A DNA stretch of 63,153 bases, filler included, from Bonamia ostreae (GCA_040357525.1; 48 parts of 48 records of this genome joined end to end with filler, not necessarily neighbours in it); one strand, 5' to 3'. Positions 35,578-49,970 are shown, counted from the whole stretch's first letter. Numbers and translations: made by a program. The notes: generated from the letters alone by a model not told the origin.

Positions 35578-38446
35578 NNNNNNNNNNNNNNNNNNNNNNN
35601 NNNNNNNNNNNNNNNNNNNNNTTAATTAATTAANNNNNNNNNNNNNNNNNNNNNNNNNNNNNNNNNNNNNNNNNNNNGGTATAGATGTATTGTAGATTTT
35701 TGGTAATAAGCAATTTACAATATCAACAATTTACGGAATCATATTTTCATATTTACATCTGGGAATTGAACTTAATGATTAATTTGTGACAGTTTATTTT
35801 TCCGTGTGGCAATTCAGTTCGACAGTTAACTAGGACAACGTTTTACAACAGAACTAAGACCAAATCTTTTTATTTTATTTTTTATGCTGATTAAATTGTG
35901 ACCTTAATGTGAATAAGAAGGGTTTAGATATATGATTTTACATAAATATAACGTCACAGAATTAGGTTGATGAGTTTAATCTTTAGTCTTAGTTATAAGT
36001 TCTTTGATAAAGGAGGGCCTTGCATCGGACTCTTTTGAACGTATACTCTGCATGTTTAAAATAGCATACCTTATTACATCGCCGAATTTTCAGCTTTATG
36101 ATACTTTAGAAAAGGATAAGTTGATTAGATTAGCTGTATATTTTGGCGATGAAAAGTGGCCTTTGTTGCTTTGCTCAGTATAGCATGTTATTCAATGTTG
36201 AAAATTTGTGATTTGAAAGAAATTTTATGATTATAGTTGTTTGTTTCTTTGTTGTTTGCATTCCACTGACAATTTGTCAGTCATATGGTGAAGAGAGCAG
36301 CTTCAGGTGGAGTGCCACAAAGTTGGACTCGAATTTAAAGGGGGATGCATCCGACAACCACCACCAGCTCAACTATAGACTAAAATAAACGATTAAAGAA
36401 TCAATCATTTAATCCACTCTCAAAGAAATAAATGACAACGTCTTTTAATTCAATGATATTTTTATTGGGAAAACTTATGTTCTACTCCAAAAACCTTACA
36501 TTTTGTGTTATATTAATTTCATCTCATTAAAAACGACAGAAAGTAGTGGAAATGACTACAAAGAAGACATAATTTAAGCCCTATAAAATCTATGTACTTT
36601 CAAGGGGCTTTGTATCCTAGTGTCCGTTTTGGACCCACTAAGGGCATTGGGATGACCCCCAGAACTTCGATTCCAGGATCCGCCCCTGTAGAACGTCATG
36701 GGGTAAAGAAGTAGGACAGTTGAAAAATATAAAAAGGATTGAAAATCTCTTTCTAAAAATATAACATCAGTAAAACGTTCAAGGAACTATATTCGCGTGG
36801 AATAAATATCAAGATCGACATCCAACTCTCATTACTGTCTTGTGATTAAATTACGTGTTTCATATTATCTTGTGTAGGAACACGGTGTTTTACANNNNNN
36901 NNNNNNNNNNNNNNNNNNNNNNNNNNNNNNNNNNNNNNTTAATTAATTAANNNNNNNNNNNNNNNNNNNNNNNNNNNNNNNNNNNNNNNNNNNNACGAAA
37001 GTAAAACATAATGTGTTACCAATACTGTTGATCGAAAATTAATTGATTTATTCATTTATAGGATTACCATTGTTAACGTTTTAAATTAAATCAAATGACA
37101 GAATAGTATTACAGTTGTATCAACGTTATATTATTTTGCAACATAACAACACATAGACAGAACCGAAAGTTAATGTTTAAAAACAGATTCTGACTAAGAA
37201 TTAAAGCAATTTGATACAAAATAGTAAGATTGTCATTGTTCATATATCGTGGAATTCATTTAAATTACTAATTTGATAATTATTCCCTAAATCAGTTACT
37301 ACCTTTACCTACCATCTTAATGGGGAACGCTTAGTGCGCAACTGCAACGCGACTGGCCTAAATTTAGATTTTCGATGACCTTTAATTCAAAATATGCAGC
37401 TAGTCGTGACGTCAACGAACAACGAACAACTCTATTGTAGTGTAAACTGGCCTAGATTTAAGATAACTTTGATGACTCCGTCATGTATATAATTATATCA
37501 CGGCTAGCGTACTGCGTGTTTACTTACCCAATTATGTAAACTCGCACATACCTAGTCTAAAAGACCCAGCTTATCTAAAAGAGATTGGACCTAAACTTAG
37601 ACTTAACATGATTTCCCCTATTTATGAAAAGGTCAAAAATGTATTGTAGCTATAAATCAAAAAATTATATTTTCATTGGTACATATGTGGTTTTTGTCCC
37701 GATCATCTTAATTTACAAACCAGTCATTTACAAATCCAAATGAACTATTCGTATCATAGCATATAAACGTGGGGAATATTAGCCTATTTATTTTTCATTA
37801 CGTATAAGTATCAAATGCAATTTTGATTTAGGTACATTTGCTGGATGTATAGCAGTAATATTCTTTTATAGAGTATGCATTTAGGATAAACCCGACCAAT
37901 GTTACCCCTGAATAAGCACAATGAAAGTAATTCCACTTTTGTACTGAGAGCGGAATTTTAAAAGTAATGAATGCGTAAATGGTACGGTACAAATGGCTAC
38001 GTTATTTCTTCAAATGATCAAAAGACCGTTTAGATTTCTATTTTGTTTTATCTCAGCATAACATGTTTACTGCTAGTTGTCTGACATAGATTTTGCAATG
38101 ATTATTCGTAAGGTAAGCCATGGCTATTCGCAAAACATTATGGGCTACTAAGAGATTTACTATCAATACATACTTTGATAAGACACAAGACCCGCGGTAA
38201 ATGGTATAAAANNNNNNNNNNNNNNNNNNNNNNNNNNNNNNNNNNNNNNNNNNNNTTAATTAATTAANNNNNNNNNNNNNNNNNNNNNNNNNNNNNNNNN
38301 NNNNNNNNNNNTAAGATAATGTAATTTTTGAAAAAAGTTTGCAAAATTAATTTTATTATTTTGCAAATATTGAAAAATGTTTTAATTCGAAATAAAATTT
38401 TATATTTTGGAGTAATTTCAAAAATTAATAAAATAAAAAATTTAAA

Positions 38447-38665
38447 ATGAAAGCCATCACGTTTATGTTGCTTCTACAGATGTCTCTGTTCTGTTGCGAA
38501 AACAAAGGAGATCTAAAGACCAATTCGTCTGAAATTCCGAGTGAACAATCATTGGCAGATGGCATTAAGGGAATGCAGGATTTAAATAGATTAATGAATG
38601 ATGCTAACAGAAATTCAGTGGGCTTGCTATCGATCGGTGTTGTGTCTCTGATTGCGCTCTTATGA
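38447..38665 (+). CDS. 72-aa protein with predicted signal peptide and C-terminal hydrophobic (GPI-like) tail
   Basis: AAAATG start context; MKAITFMLLLQMSLFC N-terminus; ends NSVGLLSIGVVSLIALL*; a GC-richer island in a very AT-rich contig. Confidence 0.7.
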   Translation: MKAITFMLLLQMSLFCCENKGDLKTNSSEIPSEQSLADGIKGMQDLNRLMNDANRNSVGLLSIGVVSLIALL

Positions 38666-38778
38666 GTAAATGACATTTGTTGTCAATATTTTTCTCGACA
38701 AAATTTATTTTGTTAATATAAAATCGCTTTTAAACAGAAAGTAATAAATATGTTTAAGTTATTTTCGATAAGAGGGAA

Positions 38779-39033
38779 TTATGAGCTATTTGGTCTCACT
38801 TCTATTTTTAATTTTCTTTTACTTAAATTTTTATTTATATTTACTACAGTATCAATATTTCTTTGCTTTGAAATATTTGCATTAAAATGATCTTTTATAT
38901 CCTTAGTTATTGGTTTTAATCTGCATACACAGTTAAATGTAATCCACGACAATTTACACATTAATAATTTCTTTGCATTTGTTCGCAAAATGTTCTCTAT
39001 CATATTTAAAAACTCTTTGTTTTGTAAACACAT
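38779..39033 (-). CDS. Hypothetical protein, probable last exon convergent on the 72-aa gene
   Basis: 84-codon open frame in very AT-rich DNA; no family recognised. Confidence 0.35.
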   Translation of the reverse strand: MCLQNKEFLNMIENILRTNAKKLLMCKLSWITFNCVCRLKPITKDIKDHFNANISKQRNIDTVVNINKNLSKRKLKIEVRPNSS

Positions 39034-41379
39034 TTTTTAATGTCCATACTTCAAGCAGTTTCGTCATTGGATTTTTCATGATTTTTTTCCTTTTAATATA
39101 AAAAATCTGCATTCAATGTTTATTTTTTCAATCGTAAAGTTTTCTCGTAGTTATTGGCGGAGACAAACGAAATTTTGAAAAAATACAGTTTATTACAATA
39201 TTAAAATCATTTCGCAATTTGTTTCAAATAAATATTTGGAGTCAAACGAAATTTTTTGATATCATAAAATCAGTTTCAAGTATCTATATTATTTTTATGA
39301 ATTAATTCATATACTTTATAATAAAAATTTTATCAAAATGAACGTAAAATTTATCAAAATAGACGAAAACTAAAATTGAAGTATAAGCTAAAATTTTATT
39401 TTAAATAATGAAAAAAAGAATTTAAATAACGTTAATATAAAATTAATTGTTATATGTAAATAAACACAGTTTAGTGTGGAAATGAGAGCAGATAATTGCT
39501 AAAATCATTATTAATTAAATAATAGTTNNNNNNNNNNNNNNNNNNNNNNNNNNNNNNNNNNNNNNNNNNNNTTAATTAATTAANNNNNNNNNNNNNNNNN
39601 NNNNNNNNNNNNNNNNNNNNNNNNNNNATAAAAGATTTTTTTAAATACGCACCCTACATCTATAAATAAAAAAAATTACAAGATTAAATAAAATTAAAAT
39701 AAAACGTAAATCTATATATTTAAACATAAATTTAATCTGGATTCCCTTTTAAACCCAGATAATCCACCAACGTATAATAAAAATTTAAAAATAATTAAAG
39801 AAACTTTAGAACAAAGAAAAGAATAGATACGTAAAAATAAAGATTTAAGAAGAAAATAAAATCGAAAAAATTAATACACAATTAAAAAAATAATTTACAT
39901 AAAATATGGAATTTTATGGATGAGCGAAAATATGGTTGACAAAATAAACTGTTAGATGCCTTTTCCCGATAGCGAAATAATGCGAGCAAAAATAAATTAT
40001 TAGTTTATTTTTTTTAATTTTCCGCCTCTCTGATAAGAACGGGCCTCTCCAACGGCTTGGCCATCAATTTTACATTTCTCCATCAGTTTGGAGTCGGTAG
40101 ACATTATAAGATACATGTAGTAGACGCAAACATTTTGAATATTTTTCGATATAAAACTATTTAAGAATGGTATGTAAAGAAGGCGGGAGCTGCGCCACCA
40201 CTATTTACGCAAACCAATGAGGACGAAGACGACGAAAAAACAATCTGACTAACGAATAATTATAAGAAACGAAGAAATATTAAAACCAATGTGGGAACGA
40301 CATAAGAGGTCCTGCCATTGTGCATCTATTAAGTTTCCATGATAAAAATAGAATGTTTTAACTTCTGTAAGTCAAGATAGTTCTGACATCTGCGTCGATT
40401 GACAATGGCTTAACAAAATTGAAAAACATTCTAAAAATTTTAACTGGCCCCTCCTTTTACTTATTAATTTTAAACAATTGGCACTTAAAGGTGATCATTC
40501 TAAAATGTAAAATTAATGAGGAAATAAAAAACGTAAAATAAACAAAATATTTAATTCAAGTTTTCCAACAACAATTTTAACAACACAATCAACAACTTTT
40601 AATCTTTAAGAACAAAATCACAAAACAGCTAAATATTTTGAAAAAAAAAACTTTTTGTTCCTAAAAAAATTTGAATTAACACAAAAAACAACATTCCATG
40701 TCTTCCAACAACACAAACAACAACATTTTAAACTTCAGCAAAAATCACAAAACTACTAAATATTTTGAAAAATACTTTTTGGTACAAAAAAAACTCTCGA
40801 ACTACAGCTTTTAATAAAATGAATTAATTAAAAAAAAACTTAGNNNNNNNNNNNNNNNNNNNNNNNNNNNNNNNNNNNNNNNNNNNNTTAATTAATTAAN
40901 NNNNNNNNNNNNNNNNNNNNNNNNNNNNNNNNNNNNNNNNNNNATTAGTATGGTTCAGGTATTATTGCGTTATTGCTCTTTTTTACGATGAAGACATACA
41001 CAATCAAGACATCAACGAAATATATTGTCTTTCCTCCCAAGTTCAGCGTTGATATATTCAAGCTAGGGTGTGTACAGTTACTTAATCCAATACTCCCTGC
41101 AAAATAATACTTGCATTTCTTATCAAGATTGTGATTCGGTTTTATCTATTTGGAAATTCACTTTGTACACTCCAGTTTTTGCTAATTTACGTATGTTTGA
41201 TTCATATTGCATGTGTTGTCTTTCATCCAATCATCCAATGAAAAGCTATTGAAAAAAGATATATGTGTCAAATATGTAATTGTTCCACTGCTTTTTTAAT
41301 CCTTTTTCTTTCTCCCGGGTTGCTGAAGATCTATACTGCATTACTATTATAATTTTAATGTTTTCATTTATTTTTAAAG

Positions 41380-41728
41380 GCTGTATACGAAATTATCCGC
41401 TGTTGTCACAGATTTTGTGAAAATTGCATAGGGAAGATAATTGTGTCTACAGAGACACCGGTTGCTGTAGCAAAATGTCAGTTCTACAATTGTAATGAGT
41501 TGTATCCAGTTCCGAAAGATGATAGTAACCCATCACCCGAGGTAACACCACCTGTGAGTATCATATTGCCTTGTATTTCATGGCACTGGCTGAATAATTC
41601 CACGTAATTATATATTATATCCAAACTATTACGGAGGAATAACTTTTTCATAGTCCAAATAATTATATATATATTTTTTTATTTTTCAGTCTGGTACACA
41701 AGAGTCATTAGGTGGTTCGTATGATTAA
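41380..41728 (+). CDS. Host exons with a partial RING-like motif (41380-41553, 41690-41728)
   Basis: AAG|AVYEIIRCCHRFCENCIGKII...KCQFYNCNE...|GTGAGT, then TTTCAG|SGTQESLGGSYD*. Confidence 0.6.
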
Positions 41729-42364
41729 ATTTTATTATTGCTTTTTCTGGGATTATTTCTTGACTCGCGTGTTGATCTATTTATAACTTTAGACATAAAA
41801 ACTTCGATATAGTTGTGGATTATATATCAGGGATGTAAAGAAACGTCTTTCCAAACGTAGAAATTTTATCAATGTATATTTTAGATTTTTAAACATATGG
41901 TAAACCTGCAATTTAAGAACCCAAGGTTCATTCTTTTTTGTCCATACTGTTCTTTCTATTTGGATGACAACTACAATTTGTTAAATCAAAATGAACCTTA
42001 ACGTCCATTGGATTATGATTACTTTTGTTATGCTAATTGGGTATCAAACGAAAAGAGGTTCATATTCTATAACATTCATATCAAAATATGTATCATATAT
42101 ACGGATACTAAGACACATGGTCAACGTGGTATGCTCCTTCTAAGCACTTGTTGCCACTNNNNNNNNNNNNNNNNNNNNNNNNNNNNNNNNNNNNNNNNNN
42201 NNTTAATTAATTAANNNNNNNNNNNNNNNNNNNNNNNNNNNNNNNNNNNNNNNNNNNNAAATGAAAGACAAACATATATGTACACTGTATACAAAGACTT
42301 AAGAACTGCATTTGAAAAAAAAAAATATTCAAGCAATAATGGTAAATATTGTTATTCTTCTTAC

Positions 42365-42605
42365 CTCTTGAGTAGTCCATTCTCGAAAATCTGGCTTCAA
42401 GATCTTGAATAGCTTCACCAATTCTACCTCCTCCTGGTTGCCACAATACGAGGACTTTTCCGGTAAGAGTTAGTAGATCGTTTTCTTCAATCATTTGTAC
42501 ATTGTACCCCTCCAAGAAGTGCACAGAATAACCCCGAAATTTCATCTCAGCCGCATCAGTCAATGCAAAACAACGGATGACACCTATCATCATGGATAAC
42601 ACGCA
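42365..42605 (-). CDS. Probable host exon of an uncharacterised protein
   Basis: Open, GC-richer frame ending at a GAG|GTAAGA donor; the acceptor is unclear. Confidence 0.35.
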
Positions 42606-45600
42606 TTGTAAATAAACAGTTAATGAATTATCATTTGTTTTGGGGATATATGATTTGCTTTTCAGTTTTAATGTAATTATATTTAATGCTGGTTGAATAA
42701 CGTGGTGGAACTATGTCGACATACCTGCCTATAACATTAATTACTAGTATATGTTTACATATATGTATTTGAATAATTATACATAAACTATTTCTTATTT
42801 TACAAATTTGACATTTTATCGGGAAAAACGTATCTTAACCCTTTAATCAACAGGACTTTTAGAGTTTTTCTTCAAAAGTGATGAAAAAGAAATTCATTCG
42901 AAATTAAAGCATTTCCTAGTCACATTTTCATATGGTAACCTACATTTAATACATATTCGGAAAGTTCTTGATTGTGCACTGAAATGTGGTGTAACAGGTA
43001 CCAATACAACATAATTAACCCACGAATCACAAAATGTGGTGTGTGGTTTGTTTACCATCTGCTGGATATAAAACACACGTTGAATGTTTATCAGCCACCA
43101 TTTAAATGTATTCTAGGATTATTTGTATTCATTTACATTTATAACATACACATTCATGGAACTGGGTGTCACTTGTTGTAAATATATACAAGTACATTGT
43201 ATATTAACATTGAGATACTAAATCTGCATATAATATATACTTGAATACCAGTAATTGTGCAGTGTAACGAGTTTTCACAGTTACCATTGTACCTAAATGA
43301 GTACATGGCTTACAAGTATATGTTCTTGATGTTTTTTTTGCTTTTGTTTTTCGTTTTCTTTGTAAATGTTTGTATCCCTTTCTTCAAATAAAAATACAAT
43401 AGACCATTAAACTTATAAGCAAGTTTTGAATAATATAGTCTCACCATGTGATGGTTACAATGGCGACACAATNNNNNNNNNNNNNNNNNNNNNNNNNNNN
43501 NNNNNNNNNNNNNNNNTTAATTAATTAANNNNNNNNNNNNNNNNNNNNNNNNNNNNNNNNNNNNNNNNNNNNGTTGTAACTCAGATAGAAACATCTGTCA
43601 CATATTGTATCAGAATACTGTAGTAGTTACACACCAGTGTAAATTGAACTTTGAAGAACATGGAAGTGGTTTTTCACTTTATTAGCTGTAATAGTTATCA
43701 TACTCATACATTTTTGATTCCTCGTTAATAGAAAAGTGACATCCATGAGTCGAAACGGAATGTGAATTCCTGTGTTTGTTTAAAAGTGCCATCAGGAACA
43801 AATAGCGAAAATCAGCACCTCATGTACGACTACAGTGTAAGACAGTGATTGTTGACACAAGCTGGCAAGTAACAAAAGTATTAAACATCTAAATCTCATT
43901 TCATTCCTTCATTGTATACGCATACACAAAAAAATGTCGACTGAGACCTCTCCCATCGGCATATCAACTGAAAGTTCTCCAGTATCACCTGTAAGTAATT
44001 AATTGGATATAATACTATATATTTTTTTTATAGAACTTCTGTTTGCACATAAATGCATATATATGTGCACTGAATTGTTGAGAATTTTTCAAATAACTGC
44101 CATGAAATCAGATCATTGAAATTCTTAAATCTCTGTTAATTATTCCCCATGCATTTCTACACTTGAATTTATTTATTTATATTTCATTGTAGAATTTCAT
44201 TAAACTGAGGCGGCGATTGTATAGTCCCTCTACTGTCACGATACCGAACAGTACGGTCAGCGATATTTCTGGGGTAGGTTGATAACTTTCTCTTCTACGG
44301 GTATTTTTGCTATTAATAAGTATCAAACCCTATTTATTATTACATATTTTCCCTTTAACGTGATATCTGGAAATGAATGACATATTAAGATACCTAATAC
44401 CACACCTCGTTAATTGTATTCGATTATTTTTAACAAGTCTCTATTTTCTGTAGACCATACCATGGGCCTCATCCACGGAAAGGACTAGTGAAAAAATGGT
44501 GTAGGAAATAGGGAAGCTGGCTTTTAAAGTCAGTTTGTTGGAGAGGAAGGTGAATTCCATTCTCCACCAGCTGGGGTAGATTTTAAAAAAAACTCCAGTA
44601 AAGGTAAGTTATAAAAGTTTGTCAACATAGAAATGCGCATTCCCATAGTCATATTGGTTATATACTACGATGAACGGATACCTTAATCCTTTAATCTTTT
44701 TCTTAAAATTTAATATATAAATTATCTGTATACTCATTTGCTCAGTTACCAAAATAGCAACAACAACAGATATTTACCTTGCACTTNNNNNNNNNNNNNN
44801 NNNNNNNNNNNNNNNNNNNNNNNNNNNNNNTTAATTAATTAANNNNNNNNNNNNNNNNNNNNNNNNNNNNNNNNNNNNNNNNNNNNGTTATCTTCACCTT
44901 GCATTTGGCTGTTTTGTCATCTGTCTGTCTGTTGTGTGTTGATTGTCATAGCATTCGAGCAGTGGGAATCAAGTGAACATTATGGCTAATGTGCATGCAT
45001 CCTGTGAAAATACACTGATACAGTAACACTCAGTTAAAGCAATGTCCATGGAGCCTATGAATTTATTTCACTGTAACATCCATGTTATATGCGTATTATG
45101 AATTCGTTAATTTATTTATAGCCAATCCATAATATATGTATGTTTTCCTTCAAGTATGACTACAGAATATGTTAGGGAAGCTTTGTATACAAAACATAAC
45201 TTAGATAACTACGGTTTACTGATGAATTGAATTTCATAAAAAAAAAATAGCGAAAAATAAAGTCAATTCAATATTTTAGATTTTGATGGCTTTAAAGTTC
45301 GTTTTAACAGATATAAACTTTATTTTTAACCTCTACGGGGCATAAAATCACTTCACTACAGAGAATGTATATCTGTTTAGTTGTTATATCAGTGTTCGTT
45401 ATGATTATGAAATTTTAATAAGAATTGAAAGAATTTTGCCAGCAATCCAAAAACACTTCGCTATATCTATGAATTTGCTATATCCCTTTTCATATTAAAC
45501 AAATTTATTAGAAAATACAGATACTTTATAGTAATCTCTCCATCTGTCAACTTTTTAATGTGATAAAATAACTTGAGTACTTTTCAACTTAGAGACTTTA

Positions 45601-46999
45601 CATTTACTGCATATGTAAATTACTGTAAACCAACTTTATTCCTGTGCGAGAAATATCCGTGAGTTTCGGAACCCTCTTTTACTTGCGAGTGCTTCTCACC
45701 GTGAACTATTTATTTCTTTGTGTATTTTTGTAGAATAATTCCTTGGTCATAAAGATTGGCTGTTGCTGATGGATTTCAAACTGACAAATCGTGAATATTA
45801 GTTGGTTTACAGTACTAAGAGTAAGACAACTGTAGTTTTTGGTTACTTGGTCAAAAGTCAAGCTAATTGCTATCACCATTTCACATTTATATGTTGCAAT
45901 AACTTGTATAATTGTGACCTACAGAATTCATATTTACTATGTAGTAGGAAGATTGTTAGAGGAACACATGGTTTGGGGACAACATGGTTAAAGGTCAAGG
46001 TCAAAGTTTGATCTTATTGAAATCAGAAATATTGTATTTCACAGACTTCATATATATGTTACAAAGGTGGATAATGGTTTAGGAAAGACGCCTGTAGATN
46101 NNNNNNNNNNNNNNNNNNNNNNNNNNNNNNNNNNNNNNNNNNNTTAATTAATTAANNNNNNNNNNNNNNNNNNNNNNNNNNNNNNNNNNNNNNNNNNNNT
46201 TTTATTTTGCGTAGTACAGGGTTGTATTTGATTGCTAAAAATAATGGAGTATTTCTTGTTCTTAGTATCATTCCTCACCGTAAGAGCTAGGTCCCTGTTA
46301 TGACATTATGTGTATTTTAATTTATTTCATTTTTTCTATAACGTTTCTTTTTGAGATTCAATCTAAATGCAGTAGTGTCACTTGTGTTTCTTAATTAAAT
46401 GACAAATAACATCACCTTAAATGAATCCTTAAAAACAAAAGGATTCTTAGCGCTCCTGCAATCCAAATATCGAAACGTGTTGATGGGTTTAATATATGTT
46501 TTAAAATCAAAGATTTGATAATTTATTTCCTTGTATACCATCATATCCGATAAAGGCATAGTTTGCCTGGAAATTGCAAACATACATTTCAGTAATACTT
46601 ATTCAGGATTTGCCTTCATAGCAAAATGATGATGGGGTCTAATTTCCATGTCCATAAAGAAAAAACAACAATGAATCCAATGTCATAATAACCACCGTAA
46701 TAGTAACCGTAATATATAACTTTTGCTTCTCCTGGAAATTTAGTGAACATTTCGTTGATGATGTGGTGTATGCAAATATTACATACAAGAGGGAAACATT
46801 AGCAATTCCATATCACATCCAAAAATTGGAATAGAATGCTGCATTTTCAATTTACTTTGGACAGTGAAACTTGTAAAAAAGAAATTGTTATTTTTTTCTT
46901 TCGTCCATGTATACCACAAATTATCATAATGTAATATTCTAGAAAATCAAGCATGGAATGGAAAATGATTTCAAAATTGTTTCAAACATAAATTTGAAA

Positions 47000-47412
47000 A
47001 ACATTTTTTGATTTCAAACTTCCACACTTGCTCACTTCTAGCTTATGTTGTTGCACAATGAGTTTGACGTTTTTCATTCACAGCTGTTAATAGCTTCGTT
47101 AGCAACACAGTTAGGGGTTTGGTAGAACATCTACATAACATAATAATATATCTTTCTTTGTACGTTTTTTTTGTGAATTTATGGACAGCAGCAAAGGGAT
47201 GACGCCCCACTGACCAGGATATTAATTGCATTTAAATTGAAGCAGGCTTTTGAAGAATTTTAGGGTTTGAAAGAGCATATAGAGTATAAGCACGACTATC
47301 AAATGTAGAGTTAATGCCAAGTTCATTGAAATGATGTCGTAATAATGAAACTTAAAAACAAATACAATGTTGTTAAAAGCTTTCACTACTGGAACCAAAA
47401 CGTGTGACTAAT
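47000..47412 (-). mobile_element. Decayed Penelope-like retroelement reverse transcriptase fragment (host)
   Basis: VLVPVVKAFNNIVFVFKFHY and KKTYKERYI...RCSTKPLTVLLTKLLTAV resemble PADKASNNIVFVCK and PYKQRYIAGSAKCSTKPLSKLLT of mollusc Penelope-like RTs; contains stops and frameshifts. Confidence 0.75.
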
Positions 47413-48825
47413 NNNNNNNNNNNNNNNNNNNNNNNNNNNNNNNNNNNNNNNNNNNNTTAATTAATTAANNNNNNNNNNNNNNNNNNNNNNNNNNNNNNNN
47501 NNNNNNNNNNNNCATCTATGTCATCGGCATTAACCTTTATGCAAGTTCTTTTCTTAAACTACTGAAGAAATTAATAGATGTCCTCGCCACTGGATTTGGC
47601 TACCTATTTTGATTTGTTTGGATATGAGTATTTCTTTAATGAGTTCTTCACCATGTTTGGGTTTCGGCATTCATATGTATTGGTTTAAATTGGTTTAAAT
47701 GCTGCTGATTAGAGGTTACGTCTTGAAACACGTGTATAGTATAACTAAATTGACAATATCTATAAAGCATTGGTTGACATGAATTTTTCAATAAATTCTT
47801 ACAGCAAAGTTTTTCTTTCGTGTATATAATGTGTTAATAGCATCCGGAATATCTCAGATGATATAGTAATATCTGTACAGTTTGAATGTATTAGGGCTGA
47901 ACTAGGTTACTATTAGTGATTACTGTTGAAATTATTAATCAACTATAATTAACAATAACAATAATTAACTATTATTGTTGAAGTCCAATTAGTAGCTAAT
48001 TTGAAATAGTTATGCTTATAGTCCTGATAAGCCTTTCCCTACATGATTACCCGAAAATGAACATTACCAGATTGGAAAAGGGACAATGCAGCGGGTGTTG
48101 TAAAGAGGCAGGAACTGTTTAACCCTTCAGTTACACCTGATTTCACCCCGGGTTTTGGTGAAGACCGTGTTGTTCATTGTTGTATGTTTGTTTTTAGTTC
48201 TTTATGTATGGTATGTGTCATGTTCCGTCATGTTCTTGTTCTAAAGATAGACGTGTCTGTTGACCTGTCCCCTTTTGTATAACCCTTCGATTTTCTCTCG
48301 CTTCCTTTATAAAAGGGACATGTACCCAACATATGGTGACCTGTCATGGTTTTCTGGTGTGGCAGCAGGAACATAGTTTCTTTATTGAGTGGGAAGAAAG
48401 GTACATATATATTTTTATTTGCTTCCAATACAATATTTTAACACAAAAGATTACATGTAGTATGTTACAATCCGTACAAAAATTGTTACACTTTTACAAC
48501 GCTCTTTTCATAATGCTTCTTACATCTAACAAAGCATATATTATATTTATCAATAAAATCAAAGTATACAAATACTATAACTGAACAATTTTAGCAATTT
48601 ATCTCCATTTAAGATATTTTTGTCAATGTTACTTTTACCATAAATGAATAATATCTACAATTTGTCATTTTCAGTAACATCACAATACACCTTTGATTTG
48701 TAAAAACATCCCTTAAATATAATATNNNNNNNNNNNNNNNNNNNNNNNNNNNNNNNNNNNNNNNNNNNNTTAATTAATTAANNNNNNNNNNNNNNNNNNN
48801 NNNNNNNNNNNNNNNNNNNNNNNNN

Positions 48826-49015
48826 TTTTTCAGTTTTTATTTCTTGTCCAAAAAATTTTACAAATTTTAACAGATAAATTTTTGATAAAAGTCATTTTTC
48901 AGATTTTTTTCTCGTCCAAAAAATTTTACAAATTTTGACCGATAAATTATTGATTAAAGTCATTTTTCAGTTTTTTTTTCTCGTCCAAAAATTTTTACAA
49001 ATTTTGACAGATTAA
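48826..49015 (+). repeat. Tandem repeat, unit about 68 nt, about 3 copies
   Basis: TTTTTCAG...GTCCAAAAAATTTTACAAATTTT.AC.GAT...AAGTCA repeats immediately 3' of the MPN gene. Confidence 0.9.
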
Positions 49016-49043
49016 AAAATGAGTTGGACTGTAAACAGTCAGT

Positions 49044-49970
49044 TTAATTTTCAGCGTTGACGACATTTCGATACAATTGGAAAAGCGATCGAAGCGATTT
49101 GATCGAATTAGAATATTCTTCTTGTTTCGATGAAAGCTCGGCCATTTCGTCTCTAATTTCTGAATACTTCTCGTCTCCTTCTTTCAGTTCGTTCCCCTTT
49201 TTGTTTAATGTTTTTTAATTCGACAAATTGTAAATTTATGAATGCCTTTGAATCGATAAAATTTTCGATTTTTTTGATGCGTTGCTGTGCTTTGGAGACA
49301 TCAATCCACGCTTCTTTGATTTCTCGGAACATCACTTTCCGATCAGTTTTTTTGTTTCTGGTTAGAATGGATTCCAATCTTCCGACTATTCGCTAAATTT
49401 TGTCAAACATTTGTAAAGCTCGCCTTCGTTGTGCGCGTTTCTAGTTGCGATCGGGACCAATTTTATCGCCATTATTTTGTTATCTGAGACGTCAGATTTG
49501 CTTGGAAGTGTGCAAAATTGATATGCGCTTACGGATATGTGATATCGGTCGACATCGACTTCGACCGTTACGATAATCGGGTCGTCGCAGAACTGTTTTA
49601 TCGTCTTCAAATCGGATAGAATTCTCGGTGTGCTCGGCAAAATCTTGTCTCTTCTGACATAATAGCTATTTATGAAATCGATTCAAAACAGTCCCGAAAT
49701 CGATTCTTTCTTGGAAAAGGTCAAGTTTTTTATTCTTTTGCTAAAATGTTCGTCTGTTCCAGTTTTGTCAGCGCCGGCTTCAAAATGGTGGCAATTGCAA
49801 ATGTCGACATATTGTCCGTTTGTTTTAGAAGAAAACATCCCGATCGAGTCAGAGCTGAATTCCTTGTTGTTGCTGATCATTTCCATAACGTGCTCCGATT
49901 TGTAGATCAGAAGCGCATTTGAAAACTGAAATTTTATTGCTGTTTTATCTTGAAACAAGTTATAGGCCAT
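49044..49970 (-). CDS. Protist MPN/Mov34-domain protein (eIF3f/CSN6/Rpn8-like), three short introns
   Basis: LLIYKSEH...SIGMF...VDICNC...KESISGL(Y)Y...DPIIVTVEV...ISVSAY follows the non-catalytic MPN pattern; the frames join via GTTTTG, GTTTGA and GTCGAA...AG introns. Confidence 0.6.

Noticed and set aside
39960-40500. Possible multi-exon minus-strand gene in a protist-like contig
   Set aside because: Several incompatible splice models are possible and none gives a recognisable protein.
47040-47050. In-frame stop in the Penelope-like RT as possible selenocysteine recoding
   Set aside because: The stop is TAA, not TGA, and the copy is generally decayed.
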